Assembly: GCA_964374095.1 (NCBI GenBank)
Contig: CAYJXJ010000004.1
Coordinates: 1-62,662 of the forward strand
Reading direction: 5' to 3'
DNA length: 62,662 nt
From: an uncultured Elusimicrobia bacterium
GTDB lineage: Bacteria; Elusimicrobiota; Elusimicrobia; UBA1565; UBA9628
A model generated the notes under the pieces. It was not told the DNA's origin. It saw nothing but the letters and a program-made list of their open reading frames with translations, and ran no database searches. Within the stretch, counting starts at the first letter, position 1. The number at the start of each line of letters is the position of its first letter. The position numbers and the translations under genes are program-made. Shown here in pieces: positions 18,214 through 26,907 of the stretch.

Positions 18214-19406
18214 GCGTCGCGATGGGCAAGGGCCCAGCGTCCCCGAAGGGCGGCCGTTCTCCGATCCCGAAGGGGGCCGCGGCCCGCGGGACAGTGCGCG
18301 TGCCCTTCTCCTACCTCGACCGCCAGTTCGCCGACGTCGAGGCCACCCTCAAGGAACTGGGGGCCTTCGTGCGCACCGGGGACTTCACGCTCGGGCGGCC
18401 GCTCCAAGAGTTCGAAGCGGGCTTCGCCAATCTCCTCGGACACCCCCACGCCGTCGGCGTCGGGACCGGGACCGACGCCCTGGCCCTCTCCCTCAAGGCC
18501 GTCGGCATCAAGGCGGGCGACGAGGTCATCACCACACCCATGACCTTCGTCGCCACCGTGGGCGCGATCGTCCAGGCCGGGGCCCGCCCGGTCTTCGTCG
18601 ACAGCGAGGAGGGCTTCGTCATCGACCCCGGCAAGGTCGAGGCGGCGATCACCCCCCGCACCCGCGCGCTCCTTCCCGTCCATTACACCGGAAACGTGGC
18701 GGACATGCCCGCCCTCGCCGAGATCGCGCGTCGGCGGGGACTCGCCATCGTCGAGGACGCCTGCCAATCCATCATGGGCGCCATCGACGGCAAGACCGTC
18801 GGCTCCTGGGGAGCGGCCGCGGGCTTCTCCCTGCATCCCTTGAAAAACCTCAATGTCTGGGGAGACGGGGGCGTGATCGTCACCCGCTCCAAGGAGCTCG
18901 CCGACTCCCTGAGGCTCCTGCGCAATCACGGCCTCACGGGCCGCGACGAGGTGGCGGTCTTCGGCGTCAACTCCCGCCTCGACACCCTCCAGGCCGTGAT
19001 CGGCAACCGCCTCCTGCCCCAGACCCCCTGGATCACCGAGCGCCGCATCCAGGTGGCCAAGCGCTACGACCAGGCCTTCGCGGGGCTGGCCGGCGAGGTC
19101 GACGTCCCGCCCCGCCGCCGCGGGGTCCGGCATGTCTTTCACCTGTACCTACTGCGAGCCAGGCGCCGGGACGCCTTGCTCGCCTTCCTGCAGGACCAGG
19201 GCATCGAAGCCAAGGTGCACTACCCCATTCCCATGCACCTGCAGAAAGCCAGCCGTCACCTGGGCTACGGCCCGGGTGACTTCCCCGTGTGCGAAGCCGA
19301 TTGCAAACGAATCCTTACCCTTCCAGCCCACCAGCATCTTACAGACGACGAAATCTCCTACGTGATCGACACGGTCAAGACCTTCTGCAAAAAGGGCGGC
19401 CGATGA
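18210..19406 (+). CDS. DegT/DnrJ/EryC1/StrS-family sugar aminotransferase (second copy)
   Basis: [39 protein letters not shown] overlap with the upstream gene. Confidence 0.9.
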   Translation: MSVAMGKGPASPKGGRSPIPKGAAARGTVRVPFSYLDRQFADVEATLKELGAFVRTGDFTLGRPLQEFEAGFANLLGHPHAVGVGTGTDALALSLKAVGIKAGDEVITTPMTFVATVGAIVQAGARPVFVDSEEGFVIDPGKVEAAITPRTRALLPVHYTGNVADMPALAEIARRRGLAIVEDACQSIMGAIDGKTVGSWGAAAGFSLHPLKNLNVWGDGGVIVTRSKELADSLRLLRNHGLTGRDEVAVFGVNSRLDTLQAVIGNRLLPQTPWITERRIQVAKRYDQAFAGLAGEVDVPPRRRGVRHVFHLYLLRARRRDALLAFLQDQGIEAKVHYPIPMHLQKASRHLGYGPGDFPVCEADCKRILTLPAHQHLTDDEISYVIDTVKTFCKKGGR

Positions 19407-19415
19407 GGCGCCAGG

Positions 19416-19442
19416 CTTGTAGGACTCGGTCCAGGACCGAGT
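19416..19442. repeat. palindromic intergenic element, copy 1 (CTTGTAGgACTCGGTCCAGGACCGAGT)
   Basis: Contains a 9-bp inverted repeat ACTCGGTCC/GGACCGAGT. A near-identical copy lies at 24134-24160. Confidence 0.6.
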
Positions 19443-19458
19443 CGGCGCCAAGACTGCC

Positions 19459-20487
19459 ATGAGCCCCCGGAATCGATACCTGGTCATCGGCTCCAACTGC
19501 TTCACCGGAAGCCACATCGTCGACGCCCTCCGCGGCCAACCCGGGGCCCAGGTCGTCGGGGTCAGCCGCGCCCCTGAATACAAGCCGCTCTACCTGCCTT
19601 ATGCCGCCCGCCGGCGGGAGGGCTGGGAGTTCCGTCAAATCGACTTCGTGCGCGAACCCGAACGGCTGTTATCCCTGCTCGACGAAGTCCGCCCCCAGGT
19701 CGTCATCCACGTCGCGGCCTTGAGCGAGGTGGCCCTGAGCCACGAGCTCCCGCTCGAGTATTTCGAGACCAACACCGTGGGCACCGTGCGCCTCTGCGAT
19801 CACCTGCGGCGGCGGGACTATCTCGAGCGCTACGTCCACATCTCCTCGGCGGAGATATTCGGCTCCACGCTCAAGCCCGTCGACGAGAGCGCCCGCTTCG
19901 ACCCCACGACCCCCTACGCGGTCTCCAAGGCCGCGGCCGACATGTACCTGCACAGCCTCATGCGCAACTTCAATTTTCCAGCTATCCTCATCCGCTCGAC
20001 CAACGTCTACGGCCGCCACCAGAAGCTCTACAAGATCATCCCGCGGACGGCGATCTATCTGAAGATGGGAAAGACGATCGAGCTGCACGGCGGGGGAACG
20101 GCCAAAAAATCCTTCATCCATGTCCGAGACGTCGTCGCGGGGCTGATGCTCGCTCTCGAGAAAGGCGCGCCCGGGACCTATCACTTCAGCGTGCCCAGTT
20201 CGCGCACGGTCGCAGACGTGGTACGGCTCGTCTGCGACTGCTTAGGCCGGGACTTCTCCGGGGCGGTCCAGGCCGTGGGCGAGCGCCTCGGGCAGGACTC
20301 GCGCTACGAACTCGACTGCGGCAAGGCCGCCCGCGAGCTCGGCTGGTCGCCCCGGATATCGCTTGAGGACGGAGTCAAGGAGACCATCGCCTGGATCGAG
20401 GCGAATTGGGAAGAGGTGCGGCGCGAGCCGCTCACCTACATCCACAGCAGCTCGCGGCTCGCGCCCGAGGGAGCCTTGCGTGGCTGA
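19459..20487 (+). CDS. SDR NDP-sugar 4,6-dehydratase-like enzyme
   Basis: VIGSNCFTGSHIV, SSAEIFG, YAVSKAAADMY (YxxxK). Confidence 0.85.
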   Translation: MSPRNRYLVIGSNCFTGSHIVDALRGQPGAQVVGVSRAPEYKPLYLPYAARRREGWEFRQIDFVREPERLLSLLDEVRPQVVIHVAALSEVALSHELPLEYFETNTVGTVRLCDHLRRRDYLERYVHISSAEIFGSTLKPVDESARFDPTTPYAVSKAAADMYLHSLMRNFNFPAILIRSTNVYGRHQKLYKIIPRTAIYLKMGKTIELHGGGTAKKSFIHVRDVVAGLMLALEKGAPGTYHFSVPSSRTVADVVRLVCDCLGRDFSGAVQAVGERLGQDSRYELDCGKAARELGWSPRISLEDGVKETIAWIEANWEEVRREPLTYIHSSSRLAPEGALRG

Positions 20488-22306
20488 AGCCGCGACGGCC
20501 GTCGCAACCGATGCCTTTGGAGAGTTCCTTGGAAGCCTGAAAATCCGGGTTCCCAAGGAGTTGGTGCTGATAAATCCCCCCCTGGTCCCCGAGGACGCCT
20601 TCGACGTGGCCATCGCCCGCAACCGCGGCTACTACGCCTTCCCCCCCAACGGCCTGCTTTACCTATGCGCGGTCGCGCGCAAGGTCCTGCCCGACATCCG
20701 CCTCAAGGTCATCGACCTCAACTACGAGCTCCTCCGCCGGGCGCGGTCCGACGATTTCACCTACGGCGTCTGGCGGGACATCCTGCGCCGGGAGCTTTCG
20801 GACTGCGACGCCCCGCACGTCGGCGTCACGTGCATGTTCGGAGCCACCAAGGTGGGCTTCCTCGAGGTCACCAAATGGCTTCGCGCCGAGTATCCGGAGG
20901 TCCCCATACTCTGCGGCGGAGTCCAGGCCACCTACGACTTCAAGGAGCTTCTGGGGGCCGGGGCCTGCGACATCGTGGTCCGCCGCGAGGGAGAACTGCA
21001 ATTCGAAGCTTTCCTTGAGCGCTGCAAGGACCCCAACTCCGCCGCCCTGCCGACGGGCGCGGCCTTCCGGCACGAGAGGCGCATATTCGAGCTTGGGGAA
21101 GCCGCGGGCGAGGCCTCCGCGGACTGGGATATCCGGCCCTACTACGAGCTCATCGACGTGTCGCGCTATCACGAGGTGGGCTCGCTGGCCGCCTTCTCGC
21201 GCTTCAACGGGGCCGACAAGCCCTTCGCCACGGTTCTCACCCGGCGCGGGTGCCGCGCCCGCTGCACCTTCTGCACGGTCCGCGATTTCAACGGTTTCGG
21301 CGTGCGGGAACGGCCGGTCCAGAGCGTGGTCGATGAAATCACGTATCTCGTGCGGGAGCGCGGCATCCGCCAGATCGACTGGCTCGACGACGACCTGCTC
21401 TGGAACGCTTCCGGGGCCCTGGAGCTCTTCAACCGCCTGGCTACGGAGGTCCCGGAGCTCGAATGGATCTGCAATAACGGCCTCATCGCGGCCGCGATCT
21501 CCGACGACATCATGGACGGCATGGTCCGATCCGGCATGAAGGCCTTTAAAATAGGCATCGAGACCGGCAACGACGAGATGCTCCACGCCGTCAAGAAGCC
21601 CACCACCAAGGTCAAGCTTCGTATCCGCCGGCATCTCTTTCGCAAGTATCCCGAGGTCTTCGTCAGCGCCAACTTCATTTTGGGATTTCCCCGCGAGACC
21701 TTCGCCCAGATGCTCGACACCTACCGCTTCGCCAATGAGCTGCAGTGGGACTGGTCGAGCTTCTACATCTGCCAACCCCTGAAGGGCACCGAGATGTTCT
21801 CGGTCTGGCAGTCGATGGGCGACGAACGCTGTGACGTGGAAAGCTACGACAAGACCCTCAATCCCGGCCGGGCGGCGGCCCGGGGCGAGTTCGGCTACAA
21901 ATTCAAAGCCGGCGAGGAACACCCCATCCTCTCCGGGCGCGACGTGTTCAAGATATCCCCCGAGACGGCTCCCGACTCCGAGCAGCTCAAGGAGATTTGG
22001 TTCACGTTCAACCTCGTGGCCAATTTCCTCAACAACCCGAATTTCCTGCCCGGCGGCAACCCCGCCAAAATCGTCCGCTGGTTCGAGTCCATCGCCCACG
22101 CCTACCCCTACGACGCCTCCATGGCCGCGGCCCTGGCGCGCGGCTACCGGATGCTGGGCGACGAGGGGCGTTTCGCGGCCAACCACGAGAAGTTCCACGC
22201 CATCGTGCGGGAATCGTCATATTGGCGCCGCCGCCTGCAGGAATTCCCCGAGCTTGAGCGTTTGGCCTCGGGAGAAGAAGGGAGGTCCCCATGGGAGAAT
22301 TCGTAA
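20480..22306 (+). CDS. B12-binding-domain radical SAM enzyme (class B type)
   Basis: CRARCTFC (CxxxCxxC) cluster motif preceded by a Rossmann-like cobalamin-binding region (VGVTCMFGATK..ILCGGVQATY). GTG 20480 overlaps the upstream gene by 8 nt. The ORF-track start 20363 is a run-on. Confidence 0.85.
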   Translation: MAEAATAVATDAFGEFLGSLKIRVPKELVLINPPLVPEDAFDVAIARNRGYYAFPPNGLLYLCAVARKVLPDIRLKVIDLNYELLRRARSDDFTYGVWRDILRRELSDCDAPHVGVTCMFGATKVGFLEVTKWLRAEYPEVPILCGGVQATYDFKELLGAGACDIVVRREGELQFEAFLERCKDPNSAALPTGAAFRHERRIFELGEAAGEASADWDIRPYYELIDVSRYHEVGSLAAFSRFNGADKPFATVLTRRGCRARCTFCTVRDFNGFGVRERPVQSVVDEITYLVRERGIRQIDWLDDDLLWNASGALELFNRLATEVPELEWICNNGLIAAAISDDIMDGMVRSGMKAFKIGIETGNDEMLHAVKKPTTKVKLRIRRHLFRKYPEVFVSANFILGFPRETFAQMLDTYRFANELQWDWSSFYICQPLKGTEMFSVWQSMGDERCDVESYDKTLNPGRAAARGEFGYKFKAGEEHPILSGRDVFKISPETAPDSEQLKEIWFTFNLVANFLNNPNFLPGGNPAKIVRWFESIAHAYPYDASMAAALARGYRMLGDEGRFAANHEKFHAIVRESSYWRRRLQEFPELERLASGEEGRSPWENS

Positions 22307-22959
22307 ACCTGATCAAGGCGACGGTCAAATACTACGACGGCGCGCCCCGCAACATGGATCCCACCTTCGGGCACGGCTATTTCGACAACACCCGCGACAC
22401 CGGCTACGGCGGCTACCGCTACGACGGACGATGGTCCGCCGTAGCGGCCGCCGTTGTCGGCCGCTACAAACTCACTGCCGAGGCCTCGGTCCTGGACTTA
22501 GGCTGCGCGAAAGGCTTCTTCGTCGTCGATCTTTTAAAATCCGTCCCCGGCATCAAGGTCGTTGGTACGGACATCTCCGAATACGCCGTCGCCAACGCCC
22601 ATCCCGACGCCAAGCCCCACCTCAAGGTCGAGAGCGCCGACGACCTCGCCGGCTACGCGGACCGCCGATTCGACCTGATCTGCGCCATGAACACGATCCA
22701 CTTCCTCACGCCCGAGCGCGCCGAGCACGCCTTGCGCGAGATCGGCCGCATCGGCAAGGGCCGGGCCTTCGTGCAGGTGGACGCCTTCACCAACGAGACC
22801 GAGCGCGAACGGTTGCTGGCCTGGGCGCCCATCATCAAAACCGTCTACTCGGTCGACCAGTGGCTGGCCCTGTTCAAGAAGACCGGCTACCAGGGCGACT
22901 ACTGGTGGACCTTCGTTCGCCCCACCTCGGCCCAGCCCGCGCCCGTCCCCGCGACTTGA
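22291..22959 (+). CDS. class I SAM-dependent methyltransferase
   Basis: VLDLGCAKGFFV motif I, FDLICAMNTIHFL. Confidence 0.8.
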   Translation: MGEFVNLIKATVKYYDGAPRNMDPTFGHGYFDNTRDTGYGGYRYDGRWSAVAAAVVGRYKLTAEASVLDLGCAKGFFVVDLLKSVPGIKVVGTDISEYAVANAHPDAKPHLKVESADDLAGYADRRFDLICAMNTIHFLTPERAEHALREIGRIGKGRAFVQVDAFTNETERERLLAWAPIIKTVYSVDQWLALFKKTGYQGDYWWTFVRPTSAQPAPVPAT

Positions 22960-24008
22960 CCCTTCCCGACACGACCGAAGCCGCGGTCCTATTCGAGACC
23001 GGCCAGCCCCTGCGCATCGTCTCCTTGGGGCTTCCGCCCCTGCGGGAAGGACAGGTTTTGGTGGAGCTCGCCTTCAGCGGGGTCTGCCACACCCAAGTCC
23101 TGGAGGCCGACGGCAAGCGCGGCCCGGACCGCTTCCTGCCGCACACTCTGGGCCATGAAGGCTCCGGAACGGTCCTCGGGACCGGGCCCGGGGTCTCCAA
23201 GGTCAAACTCGGCGAGCGGGTGGTGCTCTCGTGGATCAGAGGCTCGGGCGCCAACGCCGCCCCCGCCGCCTACGCGGGCCCCGACGGCAAGGTCAACTCG
23301 GGCCAAATATCAACTTTCATGCGCCATGCCGTGGTCTCCGAGAACCGCCTCACGCCCATCCCCGAAGGGATGCCCCTGCGGGAAGGGGCGCTGCTCGGCT
23401 GCGCGCTGCTTACCGGAGCCGGCATCGCCTTCAACGCGGCCGAAGTCCAGGCCGGGCAGAGCGTGGGAGTCTTTGGCTGCGGCGGCATCGGGCTTTCCGC
23501 GATCCTAGGGGCCAAGCTCCGCGGGGCGGGCATGATCGTGGCGGTGGACGTCATTGAAGAAAAGCTGAGGATGGCACGCGACGCCGGGGCTACGCACATC
23601 ATTAACGCCCGGACCGCTGATCCTGTAGAGGCGGTCCTGGCCCTGCTGAGCCGGGGACTCGATTGCGCGATTGAAGCGGCCGGCCGCAGCGAGACAATGG
23701 AGGCGGCATTCCGCTCCGTGCGCGAGGGCGGGGGCCTATGCGTCTTGGCCGGCAACCTCCCGCACGGCGGGCGCATCTCCATCGACCCCATGGACCTTAT
23801 CAAGGGCAAGCGCATCGTCGGCACCTGGGGAGGGGAAAGCCGTCCGGACCGAGACATCCCCTTCTTCGCCGAAGAGTTCATCGCGGGCCGCCTCAAGCTC
23901 TGGCCCCTGGCCCTGCGCGACTACGCCCTTAAGGACGTCAACCAGGCCATGTCCGACCTCAAAGCCGGCCAAGTCGGCCGGGCCCTGATCAGCCTGGCCG
24001 CGGCGTAG
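22956..24008 (+). CDS. zinc-dependent medium-chain alcohol dehydrogenase-family oxidoreductase
   Basis: GVCHTQV and GHEGSGTV zinc-ligand motifs, GCGGIGLSA NAD motif. TTG 22956 overlaps the upstream stop (TTGA). The ORF-track start 21831 is a run-on. Confidence 0.85.
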   Translation: MTLPDTTEAAVLFETGQPLRIVSLGLPPLREGQVLVELAFSGVCHTQVLEADGKRGPDRFLPHTLGHEGSGTVLGTGPGVSKVKLGERVVLSWIRGSGANAAPAAYAGPDGKVNSGQISTFMRHAVVSENRLTPIPEGMPLREGALLGCALLTGAGIAFNAAEVQAGQSVGVFGCGGIGLSAILGAKLRGAGMIVAVDVIEEKLRMARDAGATHIINARTADPVEAVLALLSRGLDCAIEAAGRSETMEAAFRSVREGGGLCVLAGNLPHGGRISIDPMDLIKGKRIVGTWGGESRPDRDIPFFAEEFIAGRLKLWPLALRDYALKDVNQAMSDLKAGQVGRALISLAAA

Positions 24009-24133
24009 CAGGCTGCTGGGAACCCCGCGCGCCGGGCTTGATGCGGCCACTGTCGGGGACAGCCGCTGCTCAACGTGAAGAGTTTGGCGGGCCCGCAGAC
24101 CGCGGCGACGGCATGAAGAATGCCGGTTCCAGA

Positions 24134-24160
24134 CTTGTAGAACTCGGTCCAGGACCGAGT
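24134..24160. repeat. palindromic intergenic element, copy 2 (CTTGTAGaACTCGGTCCAGGACCGAGT)
   Basis: 26 of 27 nt identical to 19416-19442. Lies in the convergent gap between the ADH and the RmlD-like gene. Confidence 0.6.
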
Positions 24161-24190
24161 GGCCTAAGGATAACCCGGGGAGGCGCGATT

Positions 24191-25054
24191 TTATCTTACC
24201 GGGTTTATCCCGGATCCGGCCGCCATCCGGCGGAAGGCCTCGCCCAGATCGGTCAGCGCCAGGCCGGTGGCGGCGCGCAGCTTCTCGGTGCTGGCGGCGT
24301 GCCAGGCGTGGCGAGGCTCGGAGGCGGGGATGTCCTTGATGGAGCAGCGCGCGATGAGCCCGGCGTCCAAGCCCAGCGCCGCCGCCAGCCTCGCGGCCAA
24401 CTCGTAGCGGCTCAGGGCCTCGGCACCGCAGAGGTTGTAGACGCCGGAAAGGCCCTTGTCCCAGACCGCGCGCACGGCACGGCCCACGTCGTCAATATGC
24501 ACCGGCGCCAGTCGCTGGTCATGCGCGCAGCGGATACTCTCGTCCCGCTGGAGCGCCTCGGCCCAGGCCGTGAAAAGGCTGCCGTCGCCGCGCTCGGTCC
24601 CGTAAACTTTTCCCAGGCGAAGGATGATCCACCGGCCGGACCGAGACATCAGGAAGTCCTCGACCTCCTTGCGTTGGCGGCCGTAGGTCGTGATGGGGCG
24701 GCGCTCGTCCTCCTCCCGGAAATCCCCGCGCGAGCCGTCATAGACTGAATCGCTCGACAGGTAGACAGGGACGACCCCGAGGGCCGAAAGCCTCTCGACG
24801 AGCCCGCGGACGCCAGACACGTTGACGCGCGCCGTGCCATCAGGGTCCTTGGCGCAAGCCTCAAAACCCGCCACGCCCGCGCAGATCACGCCGGCCTTGG
24901 CCCCTCGGCAGGCCCGCTCCAAGGCGGGCCAGTCGGGATCGAGAAGATCAAAGCGCTCCGGCCCAGGACGCCGGCTCAACCCCAGGGTGCCGGAGCCCAG
25001 GCAAGACCCCAGCCGGGACCCGATAAAGCCCGTCGCACCGACCACGAGAAACAT
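24191..25054 (-). CDS. SDR sugar reductase, dTDP-4-dehydrorhamnose reductase (RmlD)-like
   Basis: MFLVVGATGFIGS start at ATG 25054, YLSSDSVYDG, YGRQKKEVE (YxxxK). The ORF-track start 25291 overlaps the next gene. Confidence 0.75.
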   Translation of the reverse strand: MFLVVGATGFIGSRLGSCLGSGTLGLSRRPGPERFDLLDPDWPALERACRGAKAGVICAGVAGFEACAKDPDGTARVNVSGVRGLVERLSALGVVPVYLSSDSVYDGSRGDFREEDERRPITTYGRQRKEVEDFLMSRSGRWIILRLGKVYGTERGDGSLFTAWAEALQRDESIRCAHDQRLAPVHIDDVGRAVRAVWDKGLSGVYNLCGAEALSRYELAARLAAALGLDAGLIARCSIKDIPASEPRHAWHAASTEKLRAATGLALTDLGEAFRRMAAGSGINPVR

Positions 25055-25076
25055 GTCAGCGAGTCGGCATGGGCGT

Positions 25077-25835
25077 CTAGCGGGGCTTGCGGAAAACTCC
25101 CGTGATGAACCCGCTCCAGAGGGGCGAGTCGAGGGAGTCGGCCGCGGGAAGCCGCCGCAATATCCGGAGGGCCTTGAGCACCGCGCGGCGCAGAAGCGCG
25201 GCGCGCGGCGGGCCGACGAGGTCGGGCTCGAAGCCCCCGTGATAGCCCGCCCAAAGCGTGGCAAGCCCGCAGTCGCGCGCCAAGCCCTCAAGCGCCGTTA
25301 GGCGCATGGTCCGGGCATTGTGGGCCGCCAGGAACTCGGGCTTGGAGAGCCAGGCGTTGAAGCCCACCAGGTTGGGCACCGACAGCACGAAGAGGCCCCC
25401 GGGTCTGAGGAGTTCGACGGTGCGCCGCGTGACGGGCGTGGGATCCTCGAAGTGCTCGATAAAGTGCATGGAGAGGATCACGTCGAAGGGCTCCTGAGGT
25501 CGGTAGTCGAACAGGTCCTGCTCGGCCAACTCCCCGGGAATGCCGAGCCTGCGGAAGTTCTCGCGCGTGAGCGCCACACCCTTGGGCGAGGTGTCGCAGC
25601 CAAAGACCCGGTAGCCGAAGCGTTTGTGGAGGTAGGCCAGCCACATCCCGGGGGCGCCGCCGACCTCGAAGGCCCGCCAGGCCGGGTTGGGCTCCAGGAA
25701 GCGGTCGAAGATGTCCATGAAGGTCCGCTCGTATGACTTCGCGGCGTCGGGATAGACCGGCAGTTCGACCTTCTTCCAGAAATCATCCCAGAAATCCGGA
25801 ACGGTCAGGGGGGCGGCGTCGGAGTCCATGGGCAC
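25077..25835 (-). CDS. class I SAM-dependent methyltransferase
   Basis: AFEVGGAPGMW motif I, FDVILSMHFIEHFEDP. Confidence 0.8.
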   Translation of the reverse strand: MPMDSDAAPLTVPDFWDDFWKKVELPVYPDAAKSYERTFMDIFDRFLEPNPAWRAFEVGGAPGMWLAYLHKRFGYRVFGCDTSPKGVALTRENFRRLGIPGELAEQDLFDYRPQEPFDVILSMHFIEHFEDPTPVTRRTVELLRPGGLFVLSVPNLVGFNAWLSKPEFLAAHNARTMRLTALEGLARDCGLATLWAGYHGGFEPDLVGPPRAALLRRAVLKALRILRRLPAADSLDSPLWSGFITGVFRKPR

Positions 25836-25875
25836 GGGGTCGCGATTATATCATTGCCGGAAGACCGCCGGCTCG

Positions 25876-25905
25876 TGGACAAGGCCGTTTGAAACCGGAT
25901 AGAAT
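25876..25905 (+). promoter_or_regulatory. candidate promoter (TGGACA-18-TAGAAT)
   Basis: Hexamers at 25876-25881 and 25900-25905, 15 nt upstream of ATG 25921, in a divergent intergenic region. Confidence 0.3.
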
Positions 25906-25920
25906 TAACGCCACCCCTCG

Positions 25921-26907
25921 ATGCCGACTCAGAGCCGCTCCCGACCCCTGGTCTGCGCCACCCCGCTGCACTTCCTACCCGACGTCCACGGCAAGCTCCG
26001 CCGGGATTTTGCGCTGACCGTGGCGTTCGGCTGGAGCGCCGCCCGGCTTTCCAGAGCCCTGCGGCCGGCCCGGGCCTTCATCCCCAACCCCGGAACGCCC
26101 TTCCGCCTGGGATCCGAGGTCCTTGGTTCAGCCGAGAGGCTCGAGATTCTGGTGACCCCATCGACGGGAACCGACCACATCGACCTCGCGTTCTGCCGCA
26201 AACGGGGAATCGTCGTGCGCTCCCTGCGCGACCGAATGGACATCACCGAGTCGATCCACGCTTCGGCCGAATTCAGCCTAACGCTGCTCCTGGGTTTGAT
26301 CCGCCGCTTGCCGGCCGCGGCCGAGGCGGCACGGCGCGGAGTCTGGCGCGAAGCCGAGGATCGGTTCCGCGGCATCGAACTGGCCGGCAAGACCGTCGCC
26401 TTGATCGGCTACGGACGGATCGGCCGCAAGATGGCGGGCTACCTGAGGGCCCTCGGGGCCAAGCTTGTCGTCTACGATCCCCACGTCAAGGTCCGAGACC
26501 CCTGGGCGTGCCAAGTCCGCAGCCTGGAGCTGGCCCTCGCGGCGGCGGACATCGTCAGCCTTCATCTGCACTTGGACGACTCGACCCGCGGCCTCTTCGG
26601 AGCGAAGGCCTTCTCCAGACTGCGCCGCGGGGCGTACCTGGTCAACACCTCGCGGGGAGGCCTCGTGGATGAGCCGGCCCTCCTGCGGGCCCTGCGCTCC
26701 GGACGCCTGGCCGGCGCGGCCGTGGACGTGGTGCAGGGCGAGCAGGGCGGGAACCTAGCCGACCGCCCCCTGATGCGCTACGCGCGGATCCATCCCGCGC
26801 TGGTCGTCACACCCCACATCGCAGGGCTCACCGTGGACTCCCAGAGGAAGGCCGCGCTCTTCGCGGTCTCGGAACTGAGGAGACACTTCGGGCTGAAGGA
26901 TGACTGA
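25921..26907 (+). CDS. D-isomer-specific 2-hydroxyacid dehydrogenase-family oxidoreductase
   Basis: GKTVALIGYGRIGRKMA NAD motif, VNTSRGGLVDE, AAVDVV. Confidence 0.85.
   Translation: MPTQSRSRPLVCATPLHFLPDVHGKLRRDFALTVAFGWSAARLSRALRPARAFIPNPGTPFRLGSEVLGSAERLEILVTPSTGTDHIDLAFCRKRGIVVRSLRDRMDITESIHASAEFSLTLLLGLIRRLPAAAEAARRGVWREAEDRFRGIELAGKTVALIGYGRIGRKMAGYLRALGAKLVVYDPHVKVRDPWACQVRSLELALAAADIVSLHLHLDDSTRGLFGAKAFSRLRRGAYLVNTSRGGLVDEPALLRALRSGRLAGAAVDVVQGEQGGNLADRPLMRYARIHPALVVTPHIAGLTVDSQRKAALFAVSELRRHFGLKDD

Noticed and set aside
24038-24748. 236-aa plus-strand ORF downstream of the ADH gene.
   Set aside because: It is antisense to the well-supported RmlD-like gene and has no motifs.
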